Shown here: in pieces, positions 1-11,712 of the stretch
How positions within the stretch are numbered: position 1 is the first letter of the stretch
Layout of the letters: each line of letters opens with the position of its first letter
DNA from: Candidatus Marinacidobacterales bacterium
Lineage (GTDB): Bacteria > Acidobacteriota > Vicinamibacteria > Marinacidobacterales > SMYC01
Reading direction: 5' to 3'
NCBI GenBank assembly: GCA_965237955.1
Contig: OZ250169.1
Coordinates: 2,944,001 to 3,008,000, forward strand
DNA length: 64,000 nt
Made by a program: the position numbers and the translations under genes
The notes under the pieces: model-generated
Told to the model about the DNA's origin: nothing
Seen by the model: only the letters and a program-made list of their open reading frames with translations
Database searches by the model: none

Positions 1-611
1 CCGAGGGAACCCTCATGATGCCGTCAGCCACCGGTGGTGCGAACTGGCCGGGCGGCTCACTCGATCCGGACACCGGCATCCTCTACATCTACTCCAAGAC
101 TCAGATTACACGGTTGGCGCTCGAGAACGATCCGCAACGCTCGAACATGGATTTCATTTTAGTGCGCCGTCGCGGCGCCCCGCCGTTGAACATCGACGGC
201 CTGCCGATCGTGAAACTGCCATGGGGACGTATCACCGCGATCGATCTCAACGAGGGCGAAATCGTATGGCAGGTGGCGCACGGAGAGACGCCAGACAACA
301 TTCGCGAGCATCCGGCCCTACAGGGTGTGACGATCCCCCGAACCGGCCAGGTGGGACGCATCGGTACACTCGTCACGAAGACTCTCGTGATCGCCGGCGA
401 TGGCACGCTATTCACGACACCATCCGGTGAGGAGGGTGCCATGCTGCGCGCCTACGATAAGGCGACGGGCGAAGAAGTAGGGCAGGTGTTCATGCCCGGG
501 CCGGAGACCGGCTCTGCGATGACCTACATGTTGAACGGCGCACAGTACATCGTGCTCGCGACCGGCGGGAGAGCTACGGGGGCACTGGTCGCGTTCAAGC
601 TTCCGTCGTAA
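1..611 (+). CDS. PQQ-dependent (glucose/quinate-type) dehydrogenase, C-terminal part; begins upstream of the window
   Basis: GGANWPGGSLDP, PWGRITAIDLNEGEIVWQ, LRAYDKATGE and MTYMLNGAQYIV are typical PQQ beta-propeller motifs. Confidence 0.85.
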   Translation, partial: EGTLMMPSATGGANWPGGSLDPDTGILYIYSKTQITRLALENDPQRSNMDFILVRRRGAPPLNIDGLPIVKLPWGRITAIDLNEGEIVWQVAHGETPDNIREHPALQGVTIPRTGQVGRIGTLVTKTLVIAGDGTLFTTPSGEEGAMLRAYDKATGEEVGQVFMPGPETGSAMTYMLNGAQYIVLATGGRATGALVAFKLPS

Positions 612-693
612 TCCGACTCTGATCGAATCGTTGAAACGAAACTCACGATCGCATAGGCTGCCCGTCTCTGTCGATCACGTCTGGAGGGCTAAC

Positions 694-1785
694 ATGAAGG
701 GGAGAGCTTCTCGCGTACTTGCGGCCTTGGCTCTGGCGGCAAACTGGGCATGTCAGCCGGTGCAGGCGCCCGATACCGCTATCGATAAGGCCGGACCGCC
801 GCCGGGTGCCGTTTGGGAAGGCGAAGCGTTCACCTTTCAACAGGTTCGCGACGATATCTACCACGCCGTTGGTACGGGTAACTTGACCATCGGATGCAAC
901 GGCAGCGTCATTATTAATGAGAACGACGTGCTCCTGGTGGACTCTCACATGACGCCGGCCGCTTCATGGGCGCTCTTGAAAGAGTTGAAAAGCATCACCC
1001 ACAAGCCCGTGCGCTACGTCGTGAATACCCATTTCCATTTCGACCACGCGCACGGCAACCAGACATTCGGCGAGGACGTCGAGATCATTGGCCACGAGTT
1101 CACCCGCGAGCAGCTAGTATCGGGGGCATCCATGGAAGGTCGCGCCTGGGACGCGTTCGTGGGAGGACTGCCGGAGCGGATCCAGGAAACAGAGAGCAAG
1201 CTCCAGATGGCCATCGACGCGACCGATCCGAACGCCGAAGCGGAACTGCGGAAACAAGTCTCGATTCTGAAGAATTATCAAGACGCGACGAATGCGATAG
1301 TCCCGACGCCGCCGACGATCACGCTGAGGAAGCGCATGACGCTCACACGCGGAGGCCGGGAGATTCAGCTCCTGTACTTCGGCCGCGGCCATACGGGTGG
1401 TGACGTCGTCGTCTACTTGCCGGAAGACAAGGCCATCGTAACCGGTGACCTCTTGACCAACGGCCTCGCCTATATGGGGAACGCCTACTTGAACGAGTGG
1501 GCCGACACGCTCGACGAGGTCAAGAAACTCGACTTCGACGTCGTACTTCCCGGGCATGGCCGTGCGTTCGAGGACATCGAGAAGATCGATCACTTCCAGG
1601 CTTATCTGCGCGATTTGTGGCCCAAGATCGTAGCCAAGCACGAGGCGGGCGTCAGTGAGGAAGAAGCAGCCCAAACGATCGATATGACGAACCACGCGGA
1701 GCATTTCTCTCAAATCGACGGGCCGGGCGTGCACCCTCACGCCGTGCAGCGCGCCTACGCGCTCCTCAACGGCACCGAGCACTAG
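694..1785 (+). CDS. MBL-fold metallo-hydrolase, exported/lipoprotein
   Basis: THFHFDH, GHTGGD, GD and PGHG motifs; GGAGG before ATG 694; signal peptide with Cys. Confidence 0.85.
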   Translation: MKGRASRVLAALALAANWACQPVQAPDTAIDKAGPPPGAVWEGEAFTFQQVRDDIYHAVGTGNLTIGCNGSVIINENDVLLVDSHMTPAASWALLKELKSITHKPVRYVVNTHFHFDHAHGNQTFGEDVEIIGHEFTREQLVSGASMEGRAWDAFVGGLPERIQETESKLQMAIDATDPNAEAELRKQVSILKNYQDATNAIVPTPPTITLRKRMTLTRGGREIQLLYFGRGHTGGDVVVYLPEDKAIVTGDLLTNGLAYMGNAYLNEWADTLDEVKKLDFDVVLPGHGRAFEDIEKIDHFQAYLRDLWPKIVAKHEAGVSEEEAAQTIDMTNHAEHFSQIDGPGVHPHAVQRAYALLNGTEH

Positions 1786-1799
1786 CCGGAAGGACGACG

Positions 1800-3797
1800 A
1801 TGCGCGTGCATAGGGCCATGTTGGCGCTCACACTCTTGTGCTGCGCCTCCGCATCCATCCTCGCACAGGACAAAAGGGCCATGACAGTCGACGATCTCCT
1901 CGAGCTCGTGAGGATCGGCGACGTTGCCATGACGCCCGACGGTTCCCGAGTCTTCTATTCCGAGCGGCATCTGGACTGGGAGACGAACAAGTGCGAAAAG
2001 ACTTTCTTCATGATTTCCTCCGAGGGCGGATCACCGGTTCCCTTCGTTCGCAAAGACGGCGGTGAGAATTTTCTCATCTCACCCGATGGGAAATACTTAT
2101 CCATGTTGCGAAAGGTCGAGGAAAAACCACAGATATTCGTCATGCCCCTGGACGGTGGCGAGGCACGGCCGTTGACGGAGCACCGCGGAGAAATCACCGA
2201 TTACAAATGGTCCGGTGATGGGCAGAGCATCGTGTTCATCGCCAAAGAGGCGATGACCGAGGAAGAGGCGAACGAGTTCGCGCTCGGAGCCGATCCGATA
2301 TTCGTCAATGAAGGAGCCGATGGCAAGAACCATGGCCGATGGACGCATCTCTGGCACCTCGATATCACGTCCAAGAAGGAGGCTCGTATTACCGAAGAGG
2401 ACTTTCTCATCGGTGGATTCGATGTGTCGAGCGACGGCTCTCGCGTCGTCTTTACGGCTCGACGCGACAACCGCGGGAATTTCCCTTTCTTGTCGGAGCT
2501 GTATCTCGTCCGGACGGACGGGAACGATATGAAACACCTGACCCGTAACCGAGCTCTCGAGAGCGATCCTGTCTGGGCTCCGGATGGGAGGCGTTTCGTA
2601 TTTCACGCTTCCGATGACAAAGAGCTGGGGCTGAGCAACGGCTACTTGTGGATCCTGAACCCCGACACCGGCGAGCTCGAGAAACTGGAGGGACAGAACA
2701 CCGGAAAGATCGACCACCTCGTCTGGACACCCGATGGAGAGAGTCTCCTCTTCAACGAAGTGCACGGCACGAACACCAACCTCTACCAGCTCGAGATTGC
2801 GTCCGGGAACTTCGAGGCTCTGACGACACGGACCGGCACGCACCGGGTGCTCGCGTATTCACAGGACAGATCCCGGTTCGCCTATACATTCGAAGAATTC
2901 GATACCCCTGCCGATCTCTATAGCTCTGATTCGAACGGGACGAGCGTTCGGCTCACACATGCCAATCCCTGGACGGAAGAAGAGATCCTGACGCCGAAGA
3001 GTCGGGTCATTCGCTGGGAAAGCACGGACGGCACTCAGATAGAAGGTGTGTTCTTGCTTCCCGGGAACTATCGTGAGGGATCTCGGTTACCTCTCGTCCT
3101 CGAAATCCATGGCGGTCCCAGTAGCTATTGGGCCAACGCCTTCAAGCCCGAGTTCATCATCTACACCGGATTGGGGTATGCGGTGCTCGGCCCGAATGTT
3201 CGGGGTTCGAGTGGCTACGGCGACGACATTCTGCGGGGGTTGATGGGAGACGTTGGCGGCGGTGAATACGACGATGCGATGACGGGGGTGGACCACGTGA
3301 TCGAAGCCGGCCATATAGACCCGGCAAAAATGGGTGTAGCCGGCTGGAGCTGGGGCGGTGTCGCCGCAGGATGGGTCATCACTCAGACAAACCGTTTCAA
3401 AGCCGCCTCGGTAGGTGCCGGCGTCAGCAATTGGATTGGCGAAAGCGGGCCGGGGTTCAACTGGGACGTGGCCAACTGGTACATCGGCGGCAAGCACTGG
3501 ACCAAACGGGACGAGTGGCGCCGGCGTTCCGCCATCAACTACGTCGAGAACGTCCAGACACCGACCCTGTTCCTGCACGGAGCGAGAGACCAGACGAGCA
3601 GCACGAACCAGAGCATGGTGTACTTCGACGCCCTTCAGGATCTGGGCGTGCCGACCCGCTTCATCAAGTTCCCGAGACAGGGACACGGTGTCCGCGAACC
3701 GAGGCTGTTGCGAATCCGTGTCGTCGAGGAGATACGCTGGATGCAGAAATACGTCCTGGGTGAAGAATGGACTCCGTGGGAGCGAGTCAATCGATAA
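1800..3797 (+). CDS. S9 family (prolyl oligopeptidase/acylaminoacyl) peptidase
   Basis: Signal peptide, propeller repeats, IHGGP, GWSWGG nucleophile motif, HGARD and GHG triad residues. Confidence 0.9.
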   Translation: MRVHRAMLALTLLCCASASILAQDKRAMTVDDLLELVRIGDVAMTPDGSRVFYSERHLDWETNKCEKTFFMISSEGGSPVPFVRKDGGENFLISPDGKYLSMLRKVEEKPQIFVMPLDGGEARPLTEHRGEITDYKWSGDGQSIVFIAKEAMTEEEANEFALGADPIFVNEGADGKNHGRWTHLWHLDITSKKEARITEEDFLIGGFDVSSDGSRVVFTARRDNRGNFPFLSELYLVRTDGNDMKHLTRNRALESDPVWAPDGRRFVFHASDDKELGLSNGYLWILNPDTGELEKLEGQNTGKIDHLVWTPDGESLLFNEVHGTNTNLYQLEIASGNFEALTTRTGTHRVLAYSQDRSRFAYTFEEFDTPADLYSSDSNGTSVRLTHANPWTEEEILTPKSRVIRWESTDGTQIEGVFLLPGNYREGSRLPLVLEIHGGPSSYWANAFKPEFIIYTGLGYAVLGPNVRGSSGYGDDILRGLMGDVGGGEYDDAMTGVDHVIEAGHIDPAKMGVAGWSWGGVAAGWVITQTNRFKAASVGAGVSNWIGESGPGFNWDVANWYIGGKHWTKRDEWRRRSAINYVENVQTPTLFLHGARDQTSSTNQSMVYFDALQDLGVPTRFIKFPRQGHGVREPRLLRIRVVEEIRWMQKYVLGEEWTPWERVNR

Positions 3798-3944
3798 ACT
3801 TCAACCGGCGGTGTAAGACGGGAGCTGGACGACCATGAGGATACCCATCGGAACTTGTAATGACCGATTATGCTCATCGTTCACGAGGTCTTGGGTCGCG
3901 TCCCGCAAAAACTCGAAATCCGCCAGCTCGCGTAATTAAACGGG

Positions 3945-4171
3945 TCAACGAGCGGTGCGGGAGTAGAAGTCCGCCTCGATCTCGTGAATGCGGTTGTCGT
4001 GCTCGGGCCAGCCCGCGAGTAGCGCGGGAACGCCGGAGGCGAAGCTCAACCAGTTGATCCGAAAAGCGCCCACCTGCCACTCGCTGATCGCGGAACCTCG
4101 TTCCACTTGGAAGCTGTGGATGATTTCGTGACCGAGGACATGCCGATCGTCCCGGTGATCGACGCCGAGCC
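3945..4171 (-). pseudogene. 3' fragment of a possible zinc metallopeptidase, cut by an A end
   Basis: Minus-strand frame contains HEIIH (HExxH) and a downstream HEIEAD; no native start. Confidence 0.35.
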
Positions 4172-5599
4172 CGTCCTGTGCCAAAACTCGGCCCTTTTGA
4201 AATAGGCCATAAATCAGCAACTTAGTGTCTGTGTTTGCGGCCGGGCCAAGGGCCGTGGGCTTTACAATCGTCTTGGGCGGGTGGGTCGTCACCATGCAGG
4301 TGACCACCTAGTCGAGAGCGAATATCGAAGCGTGTTCCTGAAGCTGTTTCCACGCTACGCCGGTCGAGCCCGCCGAGGGGCCACCGTCGCCGGCGACCAT
4401 CTACGCGGCACGGTAGTAGTAGTTGAGAATGCCCCTAAGTCGCTCTCGCGACACGATGGGGCCAGCGTCATTCGCGCTTGCCGGCAGAGGTGTGAGGAGC
4501 TCGTTGCCGAGACCTTGGTGGTTCCGTTCTGTGTGATAGTGCACTACGTATTCGGTTACCGCTGTGCGCAGGTGTCGCTCACTGAGAGGTACGAAGCGGT
4601 CGAGACACTCTCGACGTATGGAGAGAACGAATCTTTCCGCATATGCGTTCAGGTTCGGACTATTAGCGGGAAGGCGAAGGGGCTTCACGCCTGAATCTCT
4701 CAACAGCCCACGTACCGCCTCGGTGAATAGCGGGTCCCGGTCGTGGATGAGGTATCGCTTGCCAAGGAGGAAACCATCCCACATGTCAGTGAGGTTTCTT
4801 GCCACCTGCTTCATCCACTCCCCGTTGGGGTCCGACGTTATCCCACCGATGCACACGCAGCGAGTGGCGATATCGATGACAAACAGGACATGGTAGCGGA
4901 CGAGCCCGAACGGGTTCACCACCTCGACGGTGAACAGGTCTGTCGCAGCGATGGCGCCCCAATGAGCCTTGATGAAGGTGCTCCACGACATGCTCTTGCC
5001 CCGCTCCGGCGCAGGCGCGATACCGTGCTCGGCGAGGATCCTCTTGATAGTGTTGCGTCCGAGTTCATGTCCTAGGTTCTTGAGTGCGCCTCGCAGGCGC
5101 GTATATCCCCACGTCGGGTTCTCCCGCGCCACGCGCACAATGAGCTCACGGATGTCCTTCGCCGTCGGAGGTCGGCCTGGACTCCGGTTCTTGCTGCCAT
5201 CGTACTTGGCTGCGATGAGGTGGCGGTACCAGCGCAGAAGCGTAGCGGGTGTGGCAACGGACGCAATCTGGGCCAGCGCCTCGCGGCCCAAAGCCTGGGC
5301 CTTGACCGCGAGCCTGCGCCGGTCGTCGTCCGAGAGCCTGAGACGCTTGCCCCGAAGCCCGGCTCGGAGCACACGGTTCTCCTCTTGCAGGTAGTCGATC
5401 ACATCCTGCTGCTGGCGGTTGACCCAGCCAGCTAGAACGAGCAGTAGGAATTGCACGTGGTACGTCATCATGGATCTGAAGATAACACCCTCGGGCCAGA
5501 CGATTGTAAAGCCTACGGCCCTTGGCCCCGGCGCAAACACAGACACTAAGCTGCTGATTTATGGCCTATTTCAAAAGGGCCGAGTTTTGGCACAGGACG
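4172..5599 (-). mobile_element. Complete IS481-like rve/DDE element with ~100-bp type A terminal inverted repeats
   Basis: CGTCCTGTGCC...CTTTACAATCGTCT inverted at 4172 and 5599, enclosing one transposase ORF; no target duplication. Confidence 0.85.
4401..5471 (-). CDS. Transposase, HTH + integrase core (rve) domain
   Basis: [30 protein letters not shown] (D-D-E), [12 protein letters not shown]. Confidence 0.9.
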   Translation of the reverse strand: MMTYHVQFLLLVLAGWVNRQQQDVIDYLQEENRVLRAGLRGKRLRLSDDDRRRLAVKAQALGREALAQIASVATPATLLRWYRHLIAAKYDGSKNRSPGRPPTAKDIRELIVRVARENPTWGYTRLRGALKNLGHELGRNTIKRILAEHGIAPAPERGKSMSWSTFIKAHWGAIAATDLFTVEVVNPFGLVRYHVLFVIDIATRCVCIGGITSDPNGEWMKQVARNLTDMWDGFLLGKRYLIHDRDPLFTEAVRGLLRDSGVKPLRLPANSPNLNAYAERFVLSIRRECLDRFVPLSERHLRTAVTEYVVHYHTERNHQGLGNELLTPLPASANDAGPIVSRERLRGILNYYYRAA

Positions 5600-5889
5600 G
5601 GACAGCATCGACCCGACTGAGATATCGGCTTGGAACTCGTGGCGGACGCCGCCAAGTCGATGATGGTCTTTCTCTCTGGCGAGCCGAAGGGAAACGATTT
5701 GCTTGAAACCGGCTCCACTCCTCCGGCTTCGACTAGCCCTTGTCAGCACCGAATGACTTGAGATACAACGTGGTACTAACCGTGGGGTCAGGTCATTTGT
5801 GTGCCATGGCGGCATTCTTGCACACGTGAGCGTGGTTTGCCTATAGTGCTGTCGTGTGCTCCATACCGCGCTAGGAGGAAAACATCTAA

Positions 5890-6606
5890 ATGAGCAAAGA
5901 TAACTGGAGTGATCTTGCGTCGGCGCTCAACTCCAAGCTAAAACTGCAAGCCACACCTATTGCCATCACCTTTTCCAACGACTTCCAAGGAGTTCCGTCA
6001 TTCGAGGGGCCGACCCCGGCGCCGATGCCCGATGGGCGGACTGGCAAGGTCCCTGCGGGCTGCGTTTTCTGGATGAAGGCAACGGACCGTACGTTCAGCA
6101 CCGTCGCCGAAGATCACGGCAATTGCAGTGTCGGAAGCTTGACGCACGGCCTCAAGACAATGGACGAAGTAGCCGGCAATAGCGACGTGGCTGCGCTCCT
6201 AGATAGCGGATGGGTCACGATGGATGTCGTCCCGCAAATCCCGGTGGTCAAGACCAAGTACCGCTACATTACCTACGGACCGCTCGTGGAGAGCTCGGAT
6301 CCGGACGTGGTCGTCGTTCGCCTCAACGCAACACAACTTATGGTCCTTCATGACGCAATCCCCGGTCTTCGCTTCGAGGGAAAACCCCAGTGTCACATCG
6401 TCGCCATCGCCAAGGAGCAAGGTGAAATCGCGGCCAGTGTCGGGTGCATGCTAAGCCGGATCCGTACAGGGATGTCACCCAGCGAAGTGACGTGCGCGAT
6501 CCCGGCCTCCAAGCTGGGCGACGTCATCGAGGCGCTCGATTCCACTTGCGTGGCGGACGGCAAGGTGGCGACGTACGCTGCAGAAGATGGAAAGCGATTC
6601 GCCTAG
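5890..6606 (+). CDS. DUF169 family protein
   Basis: Cys pattern AGCVFW, HGNCSVG, PQC, SVGC..SR; RBS AGGAGG. Confidence 0.75.
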   Translation: MSKDNWSDLASALNSKLKLQATPIAITFSNDFQGVPSFEGPTPAPMPDGRTGKVPAGCVFWMKATDRTFSTVAEDHGNCSVGSLTHGLKTMDEVAGNSDVAALLDSGWVTMDVVPQIPVVKTKYRYITYGPLVESSDPDVVVVRLNATQLMVLHDAIPGLRFEGKPQCHIVAIAKEQGEIAASVGCMLSRIRTGMSPSEVTCAIPASKLGDVIEALDSTCVADGKVATYAAEDGKRFA

Positions 6607-6812
6607 GACCCTAAGTCGGTCAAACCCCGTGAGGTCAAAATACTCATGCGCGTCGTGTCCAAAAATACAAACGAACTCAAGACCGGCTTGCCGGGACGTT
6701 TCGGAATAGACGTGTCTACGCTTGGTTCGCAGCACTTGAATGACCGGGTTGATTTCTCCGGGATTGCAGGCTAGCGTAATCTCTAAACAGACAGCGAGGA
6801 GAGGAGAGACAA

Positions 6813-7334
6813 ATGCAGCCACTTTACGATCCCGAGGGTGTTCGGCCCATGTGGGAGGAGCTTGCCCAATGCGGGGTCGAGCCCGTGCAAACAAGAGAGA
6901 ACGTTGACGAGGCCTTGAAGAGGCCTGGGACAACGCTCGTGGTGGTGAACTCGGTTTGTGGATGTGCTGCCGGCTCGGCGCGCCCGGGTGTGACTCGCGC
7001 CCTGCAACACAGCACAATTCCCGATCACCTCACGACGGTCTTCGCCGGCGTGGACCGTGAGGCCACGGAGCGCGTCAGAGAGCACATGGTCGGCGTTGCT
7101 CCGAGCTCACCTTCGGTGGCTCTTTTCAAAGACGGCGAGCTCGTGCACATGCTTGAGCGACGGCATATAGAGATGATGAACAACGAGATGGTGGCGCAGA
7201 ACCTGACCGAGGCTTTCGACAAGTACTGCTCTCGACAGGGACCGTCCGTCCCCAGAGAAGAGTACGAGAAGGTGGAGCACGCGCGGCAGTGTGGCTCCTC
7301 GGTGCCGCTGTTCGATCCCCTCTCAAACCACTAG
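6813..7334 (+). CDS. BrxA/BrxB family bacilliredoxin
   Basis: VVVNSVCGCAAGSARP, TVFAGVD, PSSPSVALFKDG. Confidence 0.9.
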   Translation: MQPLYDPEGVRPMWEELAQCGVEPVQTRENVDEALKRPGTTLVVVNSVCGCAAGSARPGVTRALQHSTIPDHLTTVFAGVDREATERVREHMVGVAPSSPSVALFKDGELVHMLERRHIEMMNNEMVAQNLTEAFDKYCSRQGPSVPREEYEKVEHARQCGSSVPLFDPLSNH

Positions 7335-7942
7335 CAGGCGCTCTTCTCCCAGGCAAAGTCCAGTCCCGTCTCGGCCTCGGGGGCCGTTCCTCGCCTGTGG
7401 CGTGCTCCACCACCCATCAGGCCAGCCGTGCGCACCCCGTCCTGTGCCAAAACTCGGCCCCTTTGAAATAGACCATAAATCAGCAACTTAGTGTCTGTGT
7501 TTGCGACCGGGCCAAGGGCCGTGGGCTTTACAATCGTCTTGGGCGGGCGGGTCGTCACCATGCAGATGACCACTTAGTCGAGAGACTACCTCCGACCGAT
7601 GGAAAGCCATAAATCCTTCAGAATAAGACCCTTCCACGCCCCATGTGGAAATCGCTGTGGAGAACTCGGGCTCGGGATGCCAGATCCGCGCAAGTCCCGG
7701 CCCTCATTGAACTTTATCGAAGCGTCTCGGATTAGATTTTGTGGAAAATACGGTCCTCAAGCGATGGCTTCTCAGGCGAAACTACCCGTTGGTCGAATAA
7801 AGTGTGGCTGGCCCGAGCGGGCCGTTTCAGAGCCCATGATTACGACGGCGAGAAGGCGCAAGCCTGCCTGGGTGTACCTTCTATTTATTCATCCGGGCGC
7901 CCCAAACTTGATTAGTCTCCGGTCTGCCGGCACCATGCCTGC

Positions 7943-8095
7943 TTGATTTCGTCGTTTGTTCGCGCTCTCATCTCCGCCTTCAAGGCTCGTCGCGAGCTGG
8001 CTCTCGACAATGTCGCTCTTCGGCAGCAGCTCGCCGGCCTCCGCCGTTCGGTGAAACGGCCGCGGCTCTCGAACGTCGACCGCGGGTTTTGGGTA
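7943..8095 (+). pseudogene. N-terminal fragment of E-type rve transposase (similar fragments near 10262-10322, 28390-28510, 47818-47977)
   Basis: LxNVALRQQLA..RRSVKRPRLSNVDR.FWV; truncated. Confidence 0.7.
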
Positions 8096-8205
8096 ACTGT
8101 AGAGCCTAAGGGCCCTTGGCCCAGTCGCTAAGCTGCTGATTTATGGTCTATTTCCAAAAGGGCTGAGTTTTGGCACAGGACGGGCGCGCCGGGCCGTTTT
8201 GATCG

Positions 8206-8334
8206 CGTCGTGTCCAAAAATACAAACGAACTCAAGACCGGCGCGCCGGGCCGTCGCCGAGTTTCATCTATCATTATGATGGAGAGCGCAACCATCAAGG
8301 GCTTGGCAACGTGTTTGTGTTTTTGGACACGACG
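8206..8334 (+). mobile_element. 129-bp B-B miniature element; inverted copy at 60031-60159
   Basis: B ends at both termini enclose an rve C-terminal remnant ([13 protein letters not shown]). Confidence 0.75.
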
Positions 8335-8624
8335 CCTTCGCGAAACGCCTTGGCACGGAGCACGGTCGTCGTCGTGACTTCGACGAGCTGAGGGCTCGGG
8401 CCGCCGGAGCCGTGGTTGAGCGCGGGCTCGCTGCCGTCGGTCGTATATCGAATCTCGGCGTCGGGCGTGACGGAACTGATCTTCACGCGGAAAGGGATTA
8501 CGTAGAAACCTCGGTTCACACTGAACTTCGTGTCTGCAACGGTCTCCGCTGCACCGGTAGAGGAAACGGTGGGGGCGAGCAAGAGGCACAGCGCCGAGAC
8601 GCGGACGTCAAAACCGACTTTCAT
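8335..8624 (-). pseudogene. 5' fragment of a secreted protein with an Fn3-associated/chitobiase C-terminal domain
   Basis: Signal peptide, FSVNRGFY, AEIRYTTDGSEP, TTVLRAKAF; cut by a B end. Confidence 0.7.
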
Positions 8625-8771
8625 GTCTCCGGAAGCATATCAAGGGAGTCTTGTTTCCTCGTGGCGTTGTTCGAGAGGCTTCGCGGACAATCCGCCGGCC
8701 GTCGAGCCTCTGTGAGCAGCTGGAGAGGAGGTTCGGTCGCAGGTCGAGCGTGCCGAATCTCATGCCGGCTC

Positions 8772-9858
8772 GGCGTTGTTGCACGGCCCGGAGCAAATCG
8801 CTGACCTCCCTGTGCCGGTTGCAGAGTCACCCGGCGCAGTACGTATCGGGCATCCCGAGCGCAGCCATCTTGTTGAGTATCTCGCACCCAATTCGGTGTT
8901 CAACTCGTTGCCTCGCCAACGTTCGAGCCCGCATCTCCGGCCCGATGATCGCCTTGTAACGATAGACCGCGTTCTCCACCATGCTTCGCTTGGTGTAGCC
9001 TGAGAGCTTGTACCATTCACGTCGGCCGTGTCTTTCGATTGCACGAATATGGCGATCGCGCTCCTGCAATGGCGGTGTTCGAATTCTGACTGAGCGTCGC
9101 GTTTCGTTGCGGCGGAATCACCACGCGCGTCCTTCGTCCAGGACTGTGCGCTTCGATGGCTTCGTAGACCGCTTCCTTGTCGTATGCACTGTCCGCCGCC
9201 ACCGACACTAGAGGTGCTTGAATCTGTGTTAGCAAAGCGGGGACTCGGGTTGCGTCGCGAGCTCGTGACGCCGTCAGTTCGGACGCAACAATGTTGCCGG
9301 TCTCGCGATCAACGGCGATGTGCAACTTGCGCCATGCGCGCTGCTTTGGCGGTTTGCGAGCGTTTCCAACATGAATCCTCAAGCCCGTGCTATCGATCAT
9401 CAGGTGGATGGGTTGAGTGCTCGCGGCTTTCGGAATCCGCAGCTTCTTGCGGAGCAACCTCGAGCGCCGACACAACGTCGAGTAGTCCGGGATCTCGATA
9501 CCGAGCCCGAGAAGCGAGGCGATCGAGTGCAAGAAGCCTTCGGTTTGTCGGTAGGCGAGCTTGTACACCATCCGGACAACCAGGCCCGTTTCAATCGCCA
9601 TGTCTGAAATAGACCCGTTGACCGCCAGGCTTACCGGTCTTGTCGGCCTTCCAGTTCGCGATTGCCTCCTCGTCAAACCAGACTGTCAAATCGCCCCGGC
9701 GGCACAGCCCTTCGTTGTATTCCGCCCAGTTGCGAACGTGGTACTTCTTCTGCTTCGCGTGCTTGTACTGGCAGCGCTTGGGATACTTCATGCTCGAACA
9801 TACCTCGGCCACCACCATAGGCGGATTTCGCTCTCAGCCAGAGCGGTGCAACAACGCC
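8772..9858 (-). mobile_element. IS5 family (IS903-like) element with frameshifted transposase
   Basis: 13-bp TIR GGCGTTGTTGCAC; YHVRNWAEYN, IDSTG, WRKLH, DSAYD and RSMVE are split over three frames. Confidence 0.85.
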
Positions 9859-10169
9859 GTACTCACCCGAGGGCCCGCATTGAGGCCTGTGCGATTGTGG
9901 ATGGCGTGTTTTCAGGATCGCACGATGAGTTGTGGAACGCGTTTGGTGACAAGATTGCCGTTTCGCGCTGCGAGTTTGACCACTATTTCGCCGGGACTAC
10001 GGATGCACACGCCATCGTTCTCCGGGAAGTTGCTCCTCTGAATCGTTCCATCAAGCTCAAAGAGTTGCGGAGAAGACTCACTGGGTTCCACCCACCGCAG
10101 TTCTTCAAGTGGCTTGACCCTAGTTGTAAGGAACTTTGCGTCCTGTCGGAGCGGACGGCAGAGAGCTGA
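9859..10169 (+). pseudogene. 3' fragment of an ASCH-domain protein
   Basis: ELW...VSRCEFDHYFAG..AHAI...L.ELR...FHPPQ pattern; 5' end lost at the IS5 end. Confidence 0.6.
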
Positions 10170-10754
10170 AACGTCGGACCCATTTCGTTTCGCGCGGTAG
10201 GGTCGAGGGCTGGCGCGGTGCTCCGTGGGCACGGTGTGCCTTCTATTTAATTCATCCGCGGGCACCAGCTCGCGACGAGCCTTGAAGGCAGAGATGAGAG
10301 CGCGAACAAATGACGAAATCATGTAGGCATGGTGCCGGTAGACCGAAGACTAATCAAGTTCGGGGCGCGCGGATGAATAAATAGAAGGCACAGGCGAAAG
10401 GCAGCCTGAGTCAGCTTGGTCGCTCGCGTTACTCGGCTGGTCGCCGAGAAGTTCGTCCTCAGCACCTTCCCTCGCGCGCTGACCACGCTCTCCAGCATGT
10501 GCTCAAGGGCGGTCTGGGCCCTAGAGTCCAGTCCCGGACCAATAATGATGATGGACAACTTGGGTCGTGAGGAGAGAAGTATGGCAAAAATCGAAGACAA
10601 ACACATGTACCACGGGGCGGCGCTAAGCCAGATAGCCCTGCGTCTAAGCTGCTGATTTGTGGTCTATTTCAAAAGTGCCGAGTTTTGGCACAGGACAGGA
10701 ACACGGCATCGAGCCCGCGCCGGAGCGAGGTGAGCGAACGCCATACGGTGATCA

Positions 10755-10886
10755 CGTGAGGTCAAAATACTCATGCGGCTTACCGATGGTAGAAACGTAG
10801 CAACTCGCCAAGCCGTTCGCGGGAGCGCACCATAGACACTAAGCTGCTGATTTATGGTCTATTTCAAAAGGGCCGAGTTTTGGCAC
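10755..10886 (+). mobile_element. ~135-bp hybrid C-A miniature element; copies at 16692-16824 (inverted) and 58811-58948
   Basis: Same C end + rve tail + A core junction in three places. Confidence 0.8.
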
Positions 10887-11712
10887 CGTGTTGATGAGCT
10901 GCTTGAAGGATCCCTGCCAGAGCAACTCTGGAACCGTCTCGACACTCAGGCTCGCGATGTACTCGTGGTTTTCGCGACGCATATCGTTATTGATGCTGAT
11001 ATAGGACGCCAGAACATCAGTTGAGTCATCGACAAGAAAGTCGGGCGAGTTTTGCAGGATGGCCGGCACGACACGAGAGAGAAAGCGATCATTCAAATTG
11101 ATTCGGCTTTCCCGAAATTGCTTTGGAAAAACATGTTGATCGAAAGTTGCACTGCCTTCGTTACCAAGAGGGTCACGTGCGAAAACGCTGATCGGTGTGT
11201 TGAGATCCTGATCCCACGAAAGGGCGTAGAACGCAACATGCAACATAGGATCAGCGCTTTCGACACCGGCACCGGCAGCCGGGAAACCTGGATACTCACG
11301 CTCGCCGACACGCTCGCCGGAAACTGAATCGGCTGGTGTTACGCGATACACGACGAGCTCGGAACCGCCGTGATTGATGTAGTGAAACTGAGATTGAACG
11401 ACGATAACCGGCCGGCGCAAACGAACTTCGATCCCTAGTTCGGATTGCGTTATGGCTTCGCGAAGGCCGAACACTACGGGTCGACCCGCTGTGACCGCGA
11501 CACTCGCTGACCCATCACTGAGTGACTCAAACCGTTGCCTGCCAATCGGCTGCCTGAGCACCAAGCGATCCTCGCCTTCGCGTACAAGCCCTGACGCACC
11601 GCCGCGGGTCGCAAGATTGAATACTTGCAGCGTCTCGCCGCCCTGTTCGAGCGTCACCTCGAGCAAACTGAGCTCACCGCCCGGCGTATCGATCGTCATG
11701 ACGAGCTCACCC
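10887..11712 (-). pseudogene. Internal fragment of an M23-family peptidase-associated gene, cut at both ends by A ends
   Basis: HYINHGGSELVVY, ARDPLGNE, FPKQFR, LLWQG.F resemble the N-terminal region of such M23 proteins; catalytic domain absent. Confidence 0.55.

Noticed and set aside
3945-5760. Flanks of the first rve element as halves of one interrupted gene
   Set aside because: Joining CC|GG gives an open frame, but the upstream part is not convincingly protein-like; undecidable without homologues.
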